The notes beneath the pieces are model-generated. The model worked only from the letters and a program-made list of their open reading frames with translations, was not told where the DNA came from and did no database searches. A stretch of 64,000 nt of DNA, taken from positions 558,001-622,000 of the forward strand of contig CAUYUJ010000001.1 of the NCBI GenBank assembly GCA_963575745.1, in the 5' to 3' direction. Positions 18,401-28,570 of this stretch are shown here, piece by piece. This DNA comes from Prorocentrum cordatum. Lineage: Eukaryota. Numbering within the stretch: the stretch's first letter is position 1; each line of letters begins with the position of its first letter. A program made the translations under genes and the position numbers.

Positions 18401-21400
18401 CAACGACATCTACCAAGATACGTCGTCGGATACGCTTCGACGTACGCAACGTGGACTACTATTTCCATACCATATCTGGCAGAGCCAGACTGGACAGGTG
18501 GAAAGAGCTGCCGAATGAGGGTGACATCGTCAAAGTACCAGATCCATTACCACAAAAATGGTGGGATGATAGTGCAGAGGCCTTACGAGAATGTCAAAAA
18601 GAGGCACAACTATGGTACGACGAACTGTACGACTACCGACACAACAAAGAGTCGGTGGCCACACCAACTGCGATCCGAAAGCATGACGACACTGTCAAGC
18701 AGTCATCAAAGACTGCCCAGACGACAACAACGACAAAGCAAGTCGACACTCCACGCTCGACTGCAGCATTGACAAGGTCTTGGGTTCTTGACAGTGGTTC
18801 TGCCCATCATATTCAGGGAAAACATGAACTTACGCAGACCGAGTCGGATCGCATATCTATTCGCGAAGAGCATATTCTGGAAACTGCAAATGGTGATCGT
18901 ACCGTCAACGAGCACTACGACATACGGCTACCCGAAGTTGGACTGCATAGTTCAGCCCTTGCTTTACCAGACTGCCCATCATTACTATCAGTTGGAAAAT
19001 TGATTGAGGTTGATGGCTTTCGACAGCTTTGGGATCCTGAGCTGGGCTACATGCTTCAGGATCCGGGGGGCCAATGGTATAAGATTCCAGTCAACAATCG
19101 AGTGCCAGAGTTACGACTCGACGACTTAACACGGATACCACCGCCACGTTTATGCACTTCGTCAGCACCCCGCCGTCGTCAGCGAAAGCGTTCATCCGCC
19201 CGCTGCAACGACACTTGTTGGTGCTGCAAAACTACAGAGCAACCAACCACTGCAGACGAGCTACGACCCCACACAGGGACCTGCCCCAAGAGACCACATG
19301 TCGGAGAGGGAGGAGGAGCACGGACCATCACGGTCGAAGAACCTCCCGACACACGCACAGACGAGCCCAGCGTGGACACAACCACCGACTCGCCTACGTC
19401 TCAGACGCAGTGTTCTCCTCCACAATGCGGGGGGTTCGATATAGCTCAAGCAGACAACGACATACCGACAGAGACACCCACGCGAACGCATCCAGACAAT
19501 GATCGAGTTCTGCCCAACAGACAAAAGAAACCGATCGATCCGATGCATTACATGACTCACAGCCCAAAACATCCTGACTGTGAGATCTGTTCTCGTACGA
19601 TGGCACAGAATGCCCCGTGTAGACGACAGCGCAAACCACATCCACCGGCAGACCCCACCGAAGAGGATAACGCCTACGAAGCTTTTGTCCCGAAGGAGTT
19701 CGGTGAAGCTCTAACTGCCGACCATATCGTACTGGCCAAAGACGATGCCGCGGACAAACATGGCGACAAATATGCACTTGTTGTCCTTGACAGATATACT
19801 GGCATCTTCATGGCCTACCCAGCGCTACACAAAGACGCAGCTACTACAAAGGCATCCTTTCAACAGTTCATCGCCGCTAACGATGAAGTGAAGCATATCT
19901 ACACAGACAACTCTGGAGAGCTTCAGAAAGCTTGCCGCCAACTGGGATGGAGACACGACACGAGTACGCCACATCGTCCACAGACAGATGGACTGATTGA
20001 GCGCGTTGTCAAAATTGTCATTCTTGGTACCAGAGCTGTGTTACATATGTCTGGTCTGGGACACGAATGGTGGAAAGAGGCCATGCAAGCCTTTTGCTGT
20101 GGACACAACTTTGTGCATGCATCCACGGGCGTCGCTGCCCTCAACGAGGAGCATGCAGAAAAGACAGCTCATGAAATAAGATTTGGCGAAAGCTTTCCTG
20201 GGCACTGCATACCATTCGGTGCTCGGATATTTTGGAAATGCCTCAACCCCGAGATTAACAACGAGACTGCAAAGTTTAAAGAAAATGCTCGGGAAGGGTT
20301 ATTCATGGGATACCACTTACACTCTGGTGGACGATGGTCAGGTGACTACCTTGTTTTGGACACGGCTACATACGCCAAGAATCCTGATGGTGATCTGTGT
20401 CATGTGCACAGAGTCAAAGACATCATCATTCCTGATGGCAAGTTCACCTACCCCGTGAAAGATGGTACTCTACGACATCATAACCCTGAGGCACACGACG
20501 AGGTGAAGGCATCTACTTCTCGCCCCTTGGGTGACAAGCCAATGCCTGATCCTCCACTTTCTTACCCTAAAGAATGGGATGATCCGTCTATGATGACGAC
20601 GGAAGATAACGCTATTGATACCCAGACATCGGCTTCTGGAGTTGCTGCGCCAGCGCCGGAGCCAGACTACTGGGAACAGCGTGGATATTGCGTCATCAGA
20701 CACATTCGTACCCCAAGAAAGAAACTATTCATCCCAACGGACGACGTCATGAATATACCGGTACCTGTTGACCAACTCGACGTGACACGAGATTTCAAAA
20801 CGACTTCTACTTTCGAAGGCGAAAGTAACTTCCGAGATGTTTGGGATGGTGTTAGCGCCAACGACCACAGGGAGCTAAGCGAGCCGTGGACAGGCACGAT
20901 ACAGTTCTATGAGCTTCCAAAAATAACGCCAGACGGCAAAATGGTGGTTCGTGGACGCGAGACACGCGTGCAGAATACTACACGTCCTGATCACGTTCTT
21001 CCCGAGCATTGGAAAACACTTTCCCGTGGACAGCAAAAGAAAGAGATCGATTACGCCAACGACGTTAAACGAGCCCGTGAAATTCGTGATCGTGCTGCAT
21101 TGAGAGTGTGGACAAGACAGGATAAACAGGTCAACAATTTCCGTACTACTACATCAGGCGGACCCACATGGAATACTGTGGAACGACGGATTACATACGA
21201 CACTGACAATGGCGACGTCATCCGCGACGAGAATGTCAAAGGCGTGACAAACAAAGAAATACTGTATGCCAAATTACCTGGTGGGCCACGTGACATTACC
21301 ACGGTACTATACTACCGTCAACTACCACAACAGCACGATGGAGAAGAACGTGCTTTGGTATTTGTGGATAATGAGGGAACCGACTTTGGGACTTTGAACC

Positions 21401-21555
21401 CGCTCATACGCAAGTTCACCCAGTCGGTAGCAATACCAACCATGCCACGTGAGACCAACTACATGCCGGCACACAGAGATAAAATACCAGATTCGACATG
21501 GTCACGCCCAGCATTAGTTACCAGAAACCTGAGTAAGAAAGAAGTTGCCGCATAA
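15454..21555 (+). CDS. Gag-PR-integrase portion of the giant copia polyprotein (2033 aa open frame; start uncertain)
   Basis: Long coiled coil; three CCCH fingers; RS/RG-rich tract; WVLDSGS protease; HYMTH..CEIC plus TADH/TDNSGE/DGLIER integrase; LFMGY motif. Confidence 0.92.
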   Translation: MAEHVATFEELSRPVSAQPQTRYPKVSSDETSHTHGPSRSSSARNRRGAPGPCGERRSSPRAASQRPCTPRDRGHREADAPHLSISDDQPAETSAAGDIAELRDQVETFVSSQYSGLLQSVQTNATDTAAIRRDLDGALGIIDSRIAEDRRIIGELQYQVDREVSHSGERTAMVENLRNSLAQMEQQLVIVRDTGISAVRVLHDEIHDQLRNRPTPTEATDLGDVQSQINDLRSYLDHTTATLRAEAHTNSSNLIDMLQRTERVITQRLDATNAVVQPLANRISDIEQRFPGVQDALAELRVGRAQTDQLDSPPTVYDFARLTDRLQEVEKAADHTQLELSQVIHERDTEKVRVESYLARLESEVEAQSARLRACEQRLDRYSQRSRDTDEYTRQKVGQIQEDMTSWTNQLIDHTNDTNIHLRPAADPHRPTAVSAEAPQASAGQQRRTSPGAASAAASAQTRHVSPVRTEPTIDGAPIPSQPVSAVSVHTTTPIKESDTVRVPVLPKITQLLEWQQRVRKNFGAASGRPSKAYAFLCVAEQPECTFEDLQDSGDFESIDCKLATALSDILSSDLRYQIRLIETREHKAGRMLKGRQIYWHILQSYKVTDVDDDLHDFERLKELRMRDEDLQRFITDWDALLLECREVPDPKILESLFRTQIRRHAWMKQDMYEYQRMKMSDPNRTYGWLRQRVLDILEIKQLEKNQNKLRYEHETRSQVNVCVAWKKGNCRNGERCKALHTYSRDWKNNKSSRTSTAGGNPRRSMSTPANHKKPASRPFCFDFAKRNTCTRGDKCNYPHVAQCKDFAQNKCTKGDKCKYAHLAPGAKTPERSPSRPRTSSQDSRGRSPSRGSGSQRSSQRGGFRYASDSRQGRDNRRQYDRSRSTSRRSQDSRSQSRSRYDRSSRSTSRGRDNRGGGRGSPRGRDRSYGSDKGRGKRYPSRGSSRGSPNTRARSPANFRHSRRSDRSYVIRDKTLMANTKATTTSTKIRRRIRFDVRNVDYYFHTISGRARLDRWKELPNEGDIVKVPDPLPQKWWDDSAEALRECQKEAQLWYDELYDYRHNKESVATPTAIRKHDDTVKQSSKTAQTTTTTKQVDTPRSTAALTRSWVLDSGSAHHIQGKHELTQTESDRISIREEHILETANGDRTVNEHYDIRLPEVGLHSSALALPDCPSLLSVGKLIEVDGFRQLWDPELGYMLQDPGGQWYKIPVNNRVPELRLDDLTRIPPPRLCTSSAPRRRQRKRSSARCNDTCWCCKTTEQPTTADELRPHTGTCPKRPHVGEGGGARTITVEEPPDTRTDEPSVDTTTDSPTSQTQCSPPQCGGFDIAQADNDIPTETPTRTHPDNDRVLPNRQKKPIDPMHYMTHSPKHPDCEICSRTMAQNAPCRRQRKPHPPADPTEEDNAYEAFVPKEFGEALTADHIVLAKDDAADKHGDKYALVVLDRYTGIFMAYPALHKDAATTKASFQQFIAANDEVKHIYTDNSGELQKACRQLGWRHDTSTPHRPQTDGLIERVVKIVILGTRAVLHMSGLGHEWWKEAMQAFCCGHNFVHASTGVAALNEEHAEKTAHEIRFGESFPGHCIPFGARIFWKCLNPEINNETAKFKENAREGLFMGYHLHSGGRWSGDYLVLDTATYAKNPDGDLCHVHRVKDIIIPDGKFTYPVKDGTLRHHNPEAHDEVKASTSRPLGDKPMPDPPLSYPKEWDDPSMMTTEDNAIDTQTSASGVAAPAPEPDYWEQRGYCVIRHIRTPRKKLFIPTDDVMNIPVPVDQLDVTRDFKTTSTFEGESNFRDVWDGVSANDHRELSEPWTGTIQFYELPKITPDGKMVVRGRETRVQNTTRPDHVLPEHWKTLSRGQQKKEIDYANDVKRAREIRDRAALRVWTRQDKQVNNFRTTTSGGPTWNTVERRITYDTDNGDVIRDENVKGVTNKEILYAKLPGGPRDITTVLYYRQLPQQHDGEERALVFVDNEGTDFGTLNPLIRKFTQSVAIPTMPRETNYMPAHRDKIPDSTWSRPALVTRNLSKKEVAA

Positions 21556-24351
21556 CCACGTGCACAAGAAGCCCTACGAAAAGAATACGAGAGATTGGAA
21601 AAGAAACAAACATGGATGTTGGAGACTGTTGCAGAAAAAGCTGATATTGAGTCACAAGCTATTCGCAATGGAACAAAGGTGCATTTCTTCAATTTCTTGG
21701 CGTTATCTTCAGTCAAACACGAAGAACTTCCTCCTGATCTACGTAAATTCAAAGGCAGAGTTGTGGTTCAGGGCAATACAGGAAAAGATGAAACTGGTTT
21801 GGCCGCCATATTCGCCGACGCCGCTTCCAGTGCTTCGCATATAGAGGCTTCCAAACTTTGCGATGCTACTGCGTTATTACCGCAATATGCGGGAGAGCAA
21901 AGTGACGCACCTGGAGCTTACACGCAGGCACTATTATACGGCGACGGACGAATTGATCCAGTTGATACTTGGATTACTATACCTAAATGGCGACAACCGA
22001 CATCATGGTCAAAATGCAATAACCCAGTGTGCCGATTGCGATTGGCACTATACGGACACCCTCTTGCAGGTGTCTTTTGGGAACGAAAATGCCGTACATG
22101 CTTGGAAAGCGTCGGTTTCGAGCCTATTTCAGGATGGGAATGTGTATGGAGACACAACAAACTGGGACTGATACTTTCAGTATATGTGGACGATTTCAAA
22201 TTGGCCGGCCCAGCTCATAATCTACAGACTGGCTGGGATTATATTCGTAAAAGCGGTATCGATTTGGATCCACCTACTCCATACTCACAATATTTGGGTT
22301 GTGGACAACAAGCATATGACGTACCGCAGAGCATCTTCGACAAAAGAATGTCCACAATACGCCCTATGCTACCTGCACACAACGAGAAATAATACAATAC
22401 GGCAAAACACGTTCGTGGTATTCGACATGACATGCTTGGTTTTACAGATCAGTGCATTGAGCGGTACCTGGAATGCGCCTCCAAGCGCGCCCAGGGAACA
22501 GGGTCACGTCGGAAACGATCCGACTCGCCGAGGGCTTCGCGATCCAAATCGCCATCCTCCTCCGGGTCGGTCGCCAGACCTACTAGTGTGCTCAACGCAC
22601 GGACAAGATCATCCAGCCCAGCAAAACCGGTCGACACAACTTCTACCAATACCATACCCGCCACATACCATGATCTACCCGACGCAGAGACCCCTGGCAT
22701 CGAGGACACCTCCTTCACTGAGTCCGACTATTTAGACGAGGGCGTTCTCGGCCAGGACGCGGCAAGTGCACTAATGAAGATCCTGTACTTGGCACGTTGC
22801 TGTCGTTTCGATCTTCTACATCCGGTATGTATGTTGGCCAGAGAAATTTCCAAATGGAATACTACATGTGACAAACGTCTACATCGGTTGATATGCTGCA
22901 TCAAAACGACGCGCACACATTGCTTACACGGATGGATCGGCGATTCATCAGACAAGTTATCCATCATGCTCTTCACTGACGCCTCGTTCGCTGATTGCAT
23001 TACATCATCTAAATCCACTACCGGTGTTTTTGCTGCGCTTGTTGGACCCAATACGTTCTTTCCAGTCAACGCTGTATGTAAGAAACAAACGGTTGTTTCA
23101 CATTCATCTACTGAATCGGAGATCGTTGCTCTCGATTCCGCACTACGACTGGAAGGGTTACCACTACTATCATTCTGGGAAGCCGTGGTGGGAGTTGCCA
23201 AAACATGCAAAGAGAAGAATACATGCCTGAGTTGCCATCGACACGTTGACCCGGCGATGTGTCCTACATTGGCAGCCAAAAAGAAGCGTAAACCATCGCC
23301 TCGCAAGGCACCCCCTACTCGGGGATCTTCTCCTAGCCGTAGGCAACTACCGCTAAATACGGATTTACCTACGACTCCAAAGAGACGTACAATATCCCAT
23401 GAAGGTACCGTACTACACGTGGATCCAGAGCCAGCTCCAGAGATCAGTGCACCGAAAGTACGACTCATCGTCCTGGAGGATAACCAGGCCGTTATCAAAA
23501 TTGTCCAAAAGGGACGTACACCAGCACTTCGTCATCTTCATCGTACTCATCGTATCAATCTGGATTGGATATGCGAAACATGTCAAATTGAACATATCGA
23601 GCTTAAATATGTAGGAACAAAAGAGCAGATCGCAGATATGATGACCAAACATTTCGAGACCAAGAAAGCAGACCTTTGGAAGGACCTCTTGGAACACTCG
23701 CTTATTTTTCCTGTTACTCCGATACAATGTCCGCCGATACGAGGGCCTCGGAGGCCCGACGGTTTACCTCATGAAGCGGAACCTCCTAAATTGAATGGAT
23801 GCCCAGAAATATGCAAGATATTGCTGACGGAAAAAGAAAGATGGGGCGAGGTAGGATCAGAATGCGGATTTCAGTGTGTTGGACAAGCTAACCATGAGGG
23901 GCTATGTGCATGCATGTACCACTATGGCGTACCAGCCGCAGATACTGCGTCGCGCACACCTCGTTCACGCGCACGTTCACCGCACGGTAGACATCCTCGC
24001 CATCCTCCCTCACCTCAACGAGATGCAGAGAGAGTTAGGACATTGATTATTCGTTCACACCGCAGCAATTTTACGACTCGAGCTACAAAGCTTACAAGCA
24101 TCCTGTTTGCTGCTTGCGAGGCGAACATAAGTGAGATCGGTTCTAATCCCGACCCCTCCATCCACGAGATGGATCAGGCACAGCCGCTCAACCTCGTCGG
24201 CTGGCCCATCGGCTACGACAAGGAGTGCGACCCGAACGCCAGGGGCGATGACCGCGTGGGCTTTGCGTACCACGCTCAAACTGGTCGTCCTCGTGATCCC
24301 GAAGATGGTTACATATACATACATCAACGGCGTGCCGATCGGAGCGGATAA
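21556..24351 (+). pseudogene. RT and RNase H of giant copia, same frame as upstream ORF, broken by in-frame TAA codons (21553, 22390)
   Basis: KFKGRVVVQGN, SDAPGAYTQ, LALYGHP, YVDDF (22183), YLGC; RNase H TDASFA, SSTESEI, EDNQAVI, QIADMMTK. Confidence 0.92.
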
Positions 24352-27300
24352 TTTGATCTTCGCGTACCCGACGAGTCTTCTATCCGTGAACTTGCCCGCT
24401 TCGCGTCCGTCGAGGCTAAGGAATGGGCCAGCGCTGAGAGTGGATCCGTCGGCGGCAACGCCAACTACGAGTACAACACGTTCACAGCTACGCCGTGGCT
24501 ATCTTTCATGCGTGCTATGTGTATGATTTCCAGCCTTTTCAATCGTAATCCTTCAGTACAAGATAGTGTTCGTGGACTACATGATCACTTGAATGCGACG
24601 ATCCCAGGATCAGACCGCAAATGTCCACCATCAAACTTTACTACAATGATACTGAAGACGGAGTGGATGATGATTCACAACGATTGGTCCAAAATTGGCA
24701 GTGCAGTTCTGGGGCAATACACCGAGGACAGCGTTACGGATACGCAAAACTATTACAACAATGGTCTGAGTGTACCATCCGATGTATGCCAGAATGGATT
24801 GGTAACGCCATGCTATGCTCCTAAAATTGATCGTGCAATGGCCAAGCTACCTACTCGTCCACCTGGCATCGCCAGGACATCGGATACATCTGGGCACATC
24901 GGTCATATCGTCGAGGATAACTTGGTCACCAACACGAGAGCCTTTTCCGACCTTACCCAAACAAAGAAGTTCCGCCGCAAGCTTACTACATGGTTGACTA
25001 CGCGCGGAGGCTTTGGAAGTATCGGATCAAACTCCAAGACGGTGGCAACACCATCCGACCATCCGAATGGTTGGGTGGCGATATTGGATGATCCACAAGA
25101 GACAGAGCGTACCTATCGTTGGACACCATACAACGAGGGCAACGACTTCTTCGGCGACGCTGCTGACCACATGGGTTCGAATGATCCTGGCATGACTCCT
25201 GACAATGATGTGGACCCATTCGAGCTGGACCACGCAAAATACAGTGCTTTCTGCGGTGGTCGCTTGGTTTCTACCCTATTGTCAGACAATGGGTGGCACT
25301 CCCTCGTACAAGAGGACGTGGGACTATTACATCATGCATTTGGGCCATCGGGTCATGCGTACAAATGGACCAACTTATGCACGGACTCAACATGGATCAT
25401 GCATCCGAAGAAAGGGGCTAAGGGTGCAAACCACAAGAAGTACCCCACTTTCGGCATCGACGAGCTCAACGCTGCCCAGAAGAGAATCGACCTTGCCAAA
25501 GCATCAAATACTGCTCTTGTTCCGCTATTCATGCCGTGCCTTAACCGCGCGGAATACATGGGTGGCGCTACTCTTGAGCACCTGTCGACCATGATCCGCG
25601 ACGACATCATGATGTGGGCATTCTCTTTTGGCAATTACAGGGAATGGTTCAGACAGAATGACACGCCGATCGGTCAAGATTGCGTTCTCTTGCCTGAAGC
25701 TGGTTATGAGGGCGTACGATACGGAATGGAGGAACTACGCAAGCACCGTTTCGAGAAAGAGGAAAGCCATATCAACGCTCTTCTCAACAATCAGTTTGAG
25801 AACACTCTCGAGCAGCGCAATATGATCAGGAAGATCCGCGAAGCCAGAGGCCTCATGTTTCAAAGCGACAACGCTTCCATCAAGAAGTGGCGTGAGCTGA
25901 ACGAGACCATCTGGGAATACTGGGCCAATGATTTCCCATCATCCATAAAACAAAGACACTATCACAGGGGACTCAATGCCATGGTAGTATGGAGTGCGAA
26001 CGACATCGCATGTGCTAATCCTGGACAGAACACCATCGACATGCGCCGACATCACAGTCGTGCTCCTACCAACGTACACGAGCTCCAAAAGATGGAATGT
26101 GAGGGCGGCGTCCCGACGCTCATGCCCGTGCACGTGCTCGTGGACGTATCACGTTTTGTCGATGTGATGCAGTATTTCCGCTGCCCCACGGTCATGGGAC
26201 CTGGAAAAGCAGCGCAATGGGGCGTACACCCGAACTTTGATCACCACACGAGCGACTTGATCACTATCATGCAGAACCGTGGTATCACTGTTCTTCCATC
26301 CGACCATTGGGTGGATACGTACGACAGGGTTACCCCGCAGGCTTGGCACGCCAAACAGAATAACCACAACATGGCAATGTTTACAACGCAATTCTGCGAC
26401 GCAGTATGCTATCGCAATTTTTGCGCATTGATACAGTCTCTTCCTTCTCAGCCATATCCATTCAGGCCGCCATTGCTGACTTCTGTCACGGACAACCAGG
26501 CCTACACTCGGGCCAAGGAAATCATGGCAGCCCTCGACTTCAGAGAAAAGTTGACAAGCGAATGGAAAAGAGACCTCAGCCTCACAACATTGATGACACA
26601 GACGGCAAACGAGATGGCTCATTGTGCGTGGATGGCGTCATGTGCCGAGGGCACATTGCCGGCATCACTGCCTGCCGAGACGGGCGACACGACTGAGCCG
26701 ACTCCTGGAAGGTCTACACGTACGCCAGCAACGGACCCTAGCGATCCTGACCAAACCCTTCCTGATAATGATCCATGGGTTATGGCATACAACGACTTAT
26801 TCCAGTACCTTATGTTGTTGATCAAAGAATACCCTGGGGCTTGGGCATCTTGGCATTCTCTTGAGAAAGATGAACTTCTAGAACCCAAGATCGTCAAAAC
26901 TGTTGAAGATGCACATGCAGTTACTTGGGTTGTATTCGAGCAATTCTTACGTCAGATCAAAGAGTTGGATGGAGACGATAATGCGACCAAATCAAGACTC
27001 ATTGCAGAAGAAAACAGATTGTCTTCTCACCGCATCGGCCCAGCTGCCGAGAACGAGAAGAACATCGAGGCATGCAAAACATTCTTCAAACAGAATGCAC
27101 TGGATCGAGTTGCTTTGGGTCATGACCCTAATGTCCCTACAGCCGTATGGAGGGCAGCTGATGACACCGCACAGCCAGCCCCACCAGGCCCATTGCCCGA
27201 TCCACTGCAACCTGGACCGCAATCGATCAAAGCGTCGCAACCATCGACTCCAGAGCCTAAAGCAGAACAACAACCAGCAGATCAGCTCCCAAAAGCTGAG

Positions 27301-27891
27301 GCGGTACCGATCCCTGATGACGGCACCGACCTTGAGGCAATGGAGCTGGAGGCAACTCCTGCTGAGGAGGAGCCTTCTCCACATGAGATGAATATATTGT
27401 CATGGCAGGACAGTTGTGAGCGTTCCATGCACGAGGATACCAGCAAGCTCGGGATCTTCGACAACCCATGCACTATTCGCGAATGGAAGTTACAGTATGG
27501 CGTCAAATATGAACATCCATACATGTGCCCCATGTTGCGGGGCACGACAGCGACCAATGGATTTGCCTGCGTCGAAGACCAAGAGTGGTACGAGCAGCTA
27601 CTGCATGATGGTAGTGTAATTGCTCATGCGCCTGACATTGCACAATCTGGTTGTTTCCCAGAATGGAAATGGATACCATTACCACATTACGACGATGTAC
27701 GTTATGGTCCTGAGCTAATTGATGAAGAATGGCTGGGAACAAACAAATACATGAGCAAAGACATCACGACTATGTTACGCCATGAGATTCACTACAAAAA
27801 GTTTTGGACCAACCAATTTCATGACAGACGTATTAATATCTGGGACAAAACAACAAAGAATGATTGGAAGATTCCAAGCAATTGGAAATGA
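24352..27891 (+). CDS. Cargo region 1, in frame with pol after TAA 24349: unknown domain, probable SGNH-fold domain, and N-terminus of the Tpt1-like domain
   Basis: About 1180 open codons of high-complexity sequence; CTDSTW, GGATL, VVWSANDI and AWHA occur in SGNH block order; MSKDITTMLRHE lies near the end. Confidence 0.7.
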   Translation, partial: FDLRVPDESSIRELARFASVEAKEWASAESGSVGGNANYEYNTFTATPWLSFMRAMCMISSLFNRNPSVQDSVRGLHDHLNATIPGSDRKCPPSNFTTMILKTEWMMIHNDWSKIGSAVLGQYTEDSVTDTQNYYNNGLSVPSDVCQNGLVTPCYAPKIDRAMAKLPTRPPGIARTSDTSGHIGHIVEDNLVTNTRAFSDLTQTKKFRRKLTTWLTTRGGFGSIGSNSKTVATPSDHPNGWVAILDDPQETERTYRWTPYNEGNDFFGDAADHMGSNDPGMTPDNDVDPFELDHAKYSAFCGGRLVSTLLSDNGWHSLVQEDVGLLHHAFGPSGHAYKWTNLCTDSTWIMHPKKGAKGANHKKYPTFGIDELNAAQKRIDLAKASNTALVPLFMPCLNRAEYMGGATLEHLSTMIRDDIMMWAFSFGNYREWFRQNDTPIGQDCVLLPEAGYEGVRYGMEELRKHRFEKEESHINALLNNQFENTLEQRNMIRKIREARGLMFQSDNASIKKWRELNETIWEYWANDFPSSIKQRHYHRGLNAMVVWSANDIACANPGQNTIDMRRHHSRAPTNVHELQKMECEGGVPTLMPVHVLVDVSRFVDVMQYFRCPTVMGPGKAAQWGVHPNFDHHTSDLITIMQNRGITVLPSDHWVDTYDRVTPQAWHAKQNNHNMAMFTTQFCDAVCYRNFCALIQSLPSQPYPFRPPLLTSVTDNQAYTRAKEIMAALDFREKLTSEWKRDLSLTTLMTQTANEMAHCAWMASCAEGTLPASLPAETGDTTEPTPGRSTRTPATDPSDPDQTLPDNDPWVMAYNDLFQYLMLLIKEYPGAWASWHSLEKDELLEPKIVKTVEDAHAVTWVVFEQFLRQIKELDGDDNATKSRLIAEENRLSSHRIGPAAENEKNIEACKTFFKQNALDRVALGHDPNVPTAVWRAADDTAQPAPPGPLPDPLQPGPQSIKASQPSTPEPKAEQQPADQLPKAEAVPIPDDGTDLEAMELEATPAEEEPSPHEMNILSWQDSCERSMHEDTSKLGIFDNPCTIREWKLQYGVKYEHPYMCPMLRGTTATNGFACVEDQEWYEQLLHDGSVIAHAPDIAQSGCFPEWKWIPLPHYDDVRYGPELIDEEWLGTNKYMSKDITTMLRHEIHYKKFWTNQFHDRRINIWDKTTKNDWKIPSNWK

Positions 27892-28570
27892 TTTAAAGAA
27901 ATGGTTCAATGGAAATTCCGAGATCGCAAAGAAAGACACAATGGACCATCCATGGAAGCGGGAGTGGCACATTTCAAGAAAGACGGTGAAAATGATGGAT
28001 ACACCGATTGGAACGACTACTATCCGATATTCATTATTCGTGCGTTCCAGAAGCATATTGACCCGCAGAAAAAACATAATCGAGATATACGCCAAGCCGA
28101 TTCCTGACGGAGGTGACCCCAGCACTTTTGACTGGAACAGCGTTATTGCTATTCGGTGCGTCGGTGGTCACAGTTGTGTCAACTCATCTTCAAAGCCATG
28201 GAACATGGGATGGGAGAGCTTACAGTGGGCAGATATCAAATATCTCCATCATGGAGCAGCATCCCGCGCCTGGAAGAACATACTGAAGACAGGGATCATT
28301 CCTGGATATGTTGAACCACATTCTCAGAGAGACAGAACTTATAAACCATCGCAGCGATCTGAGGCATTCTTCAGTTCTAGCACATATTTGAACAATGTTC
28401 AACAGAACCCACATACTTCAGTGGAATCGTACAAGTTCAACAGCTACAAGAACGAAGTCGAGCTGGTGATCAACATGGAGATCGCCACAAAAGCAGGTTG
28501 CAGATTTTGGTTGGGGGCTCAGGGCGCTATCATGACTGAGAACGTGGTACCCGCTGCGGCAATTATTGCA
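27751..28570 (+). pseudogene. Tpt1/KptA-like RNA 2'-phosphotransferase (ART-fold) domain, with TGA at 27889 and a frameshift near 28075
   Basis: Ordered motifs SK.ITTMLRH, AIRCVGGHS, YLHHGA....W..IL..GI.P, RSEAFFS and I.M..A...G.RF....GAIMT..VP parallel the Tpt1 motifs LRH, IRAxQGHS, YHGT, RxHVH and GxxF..VxL. Confidence 0.78.
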
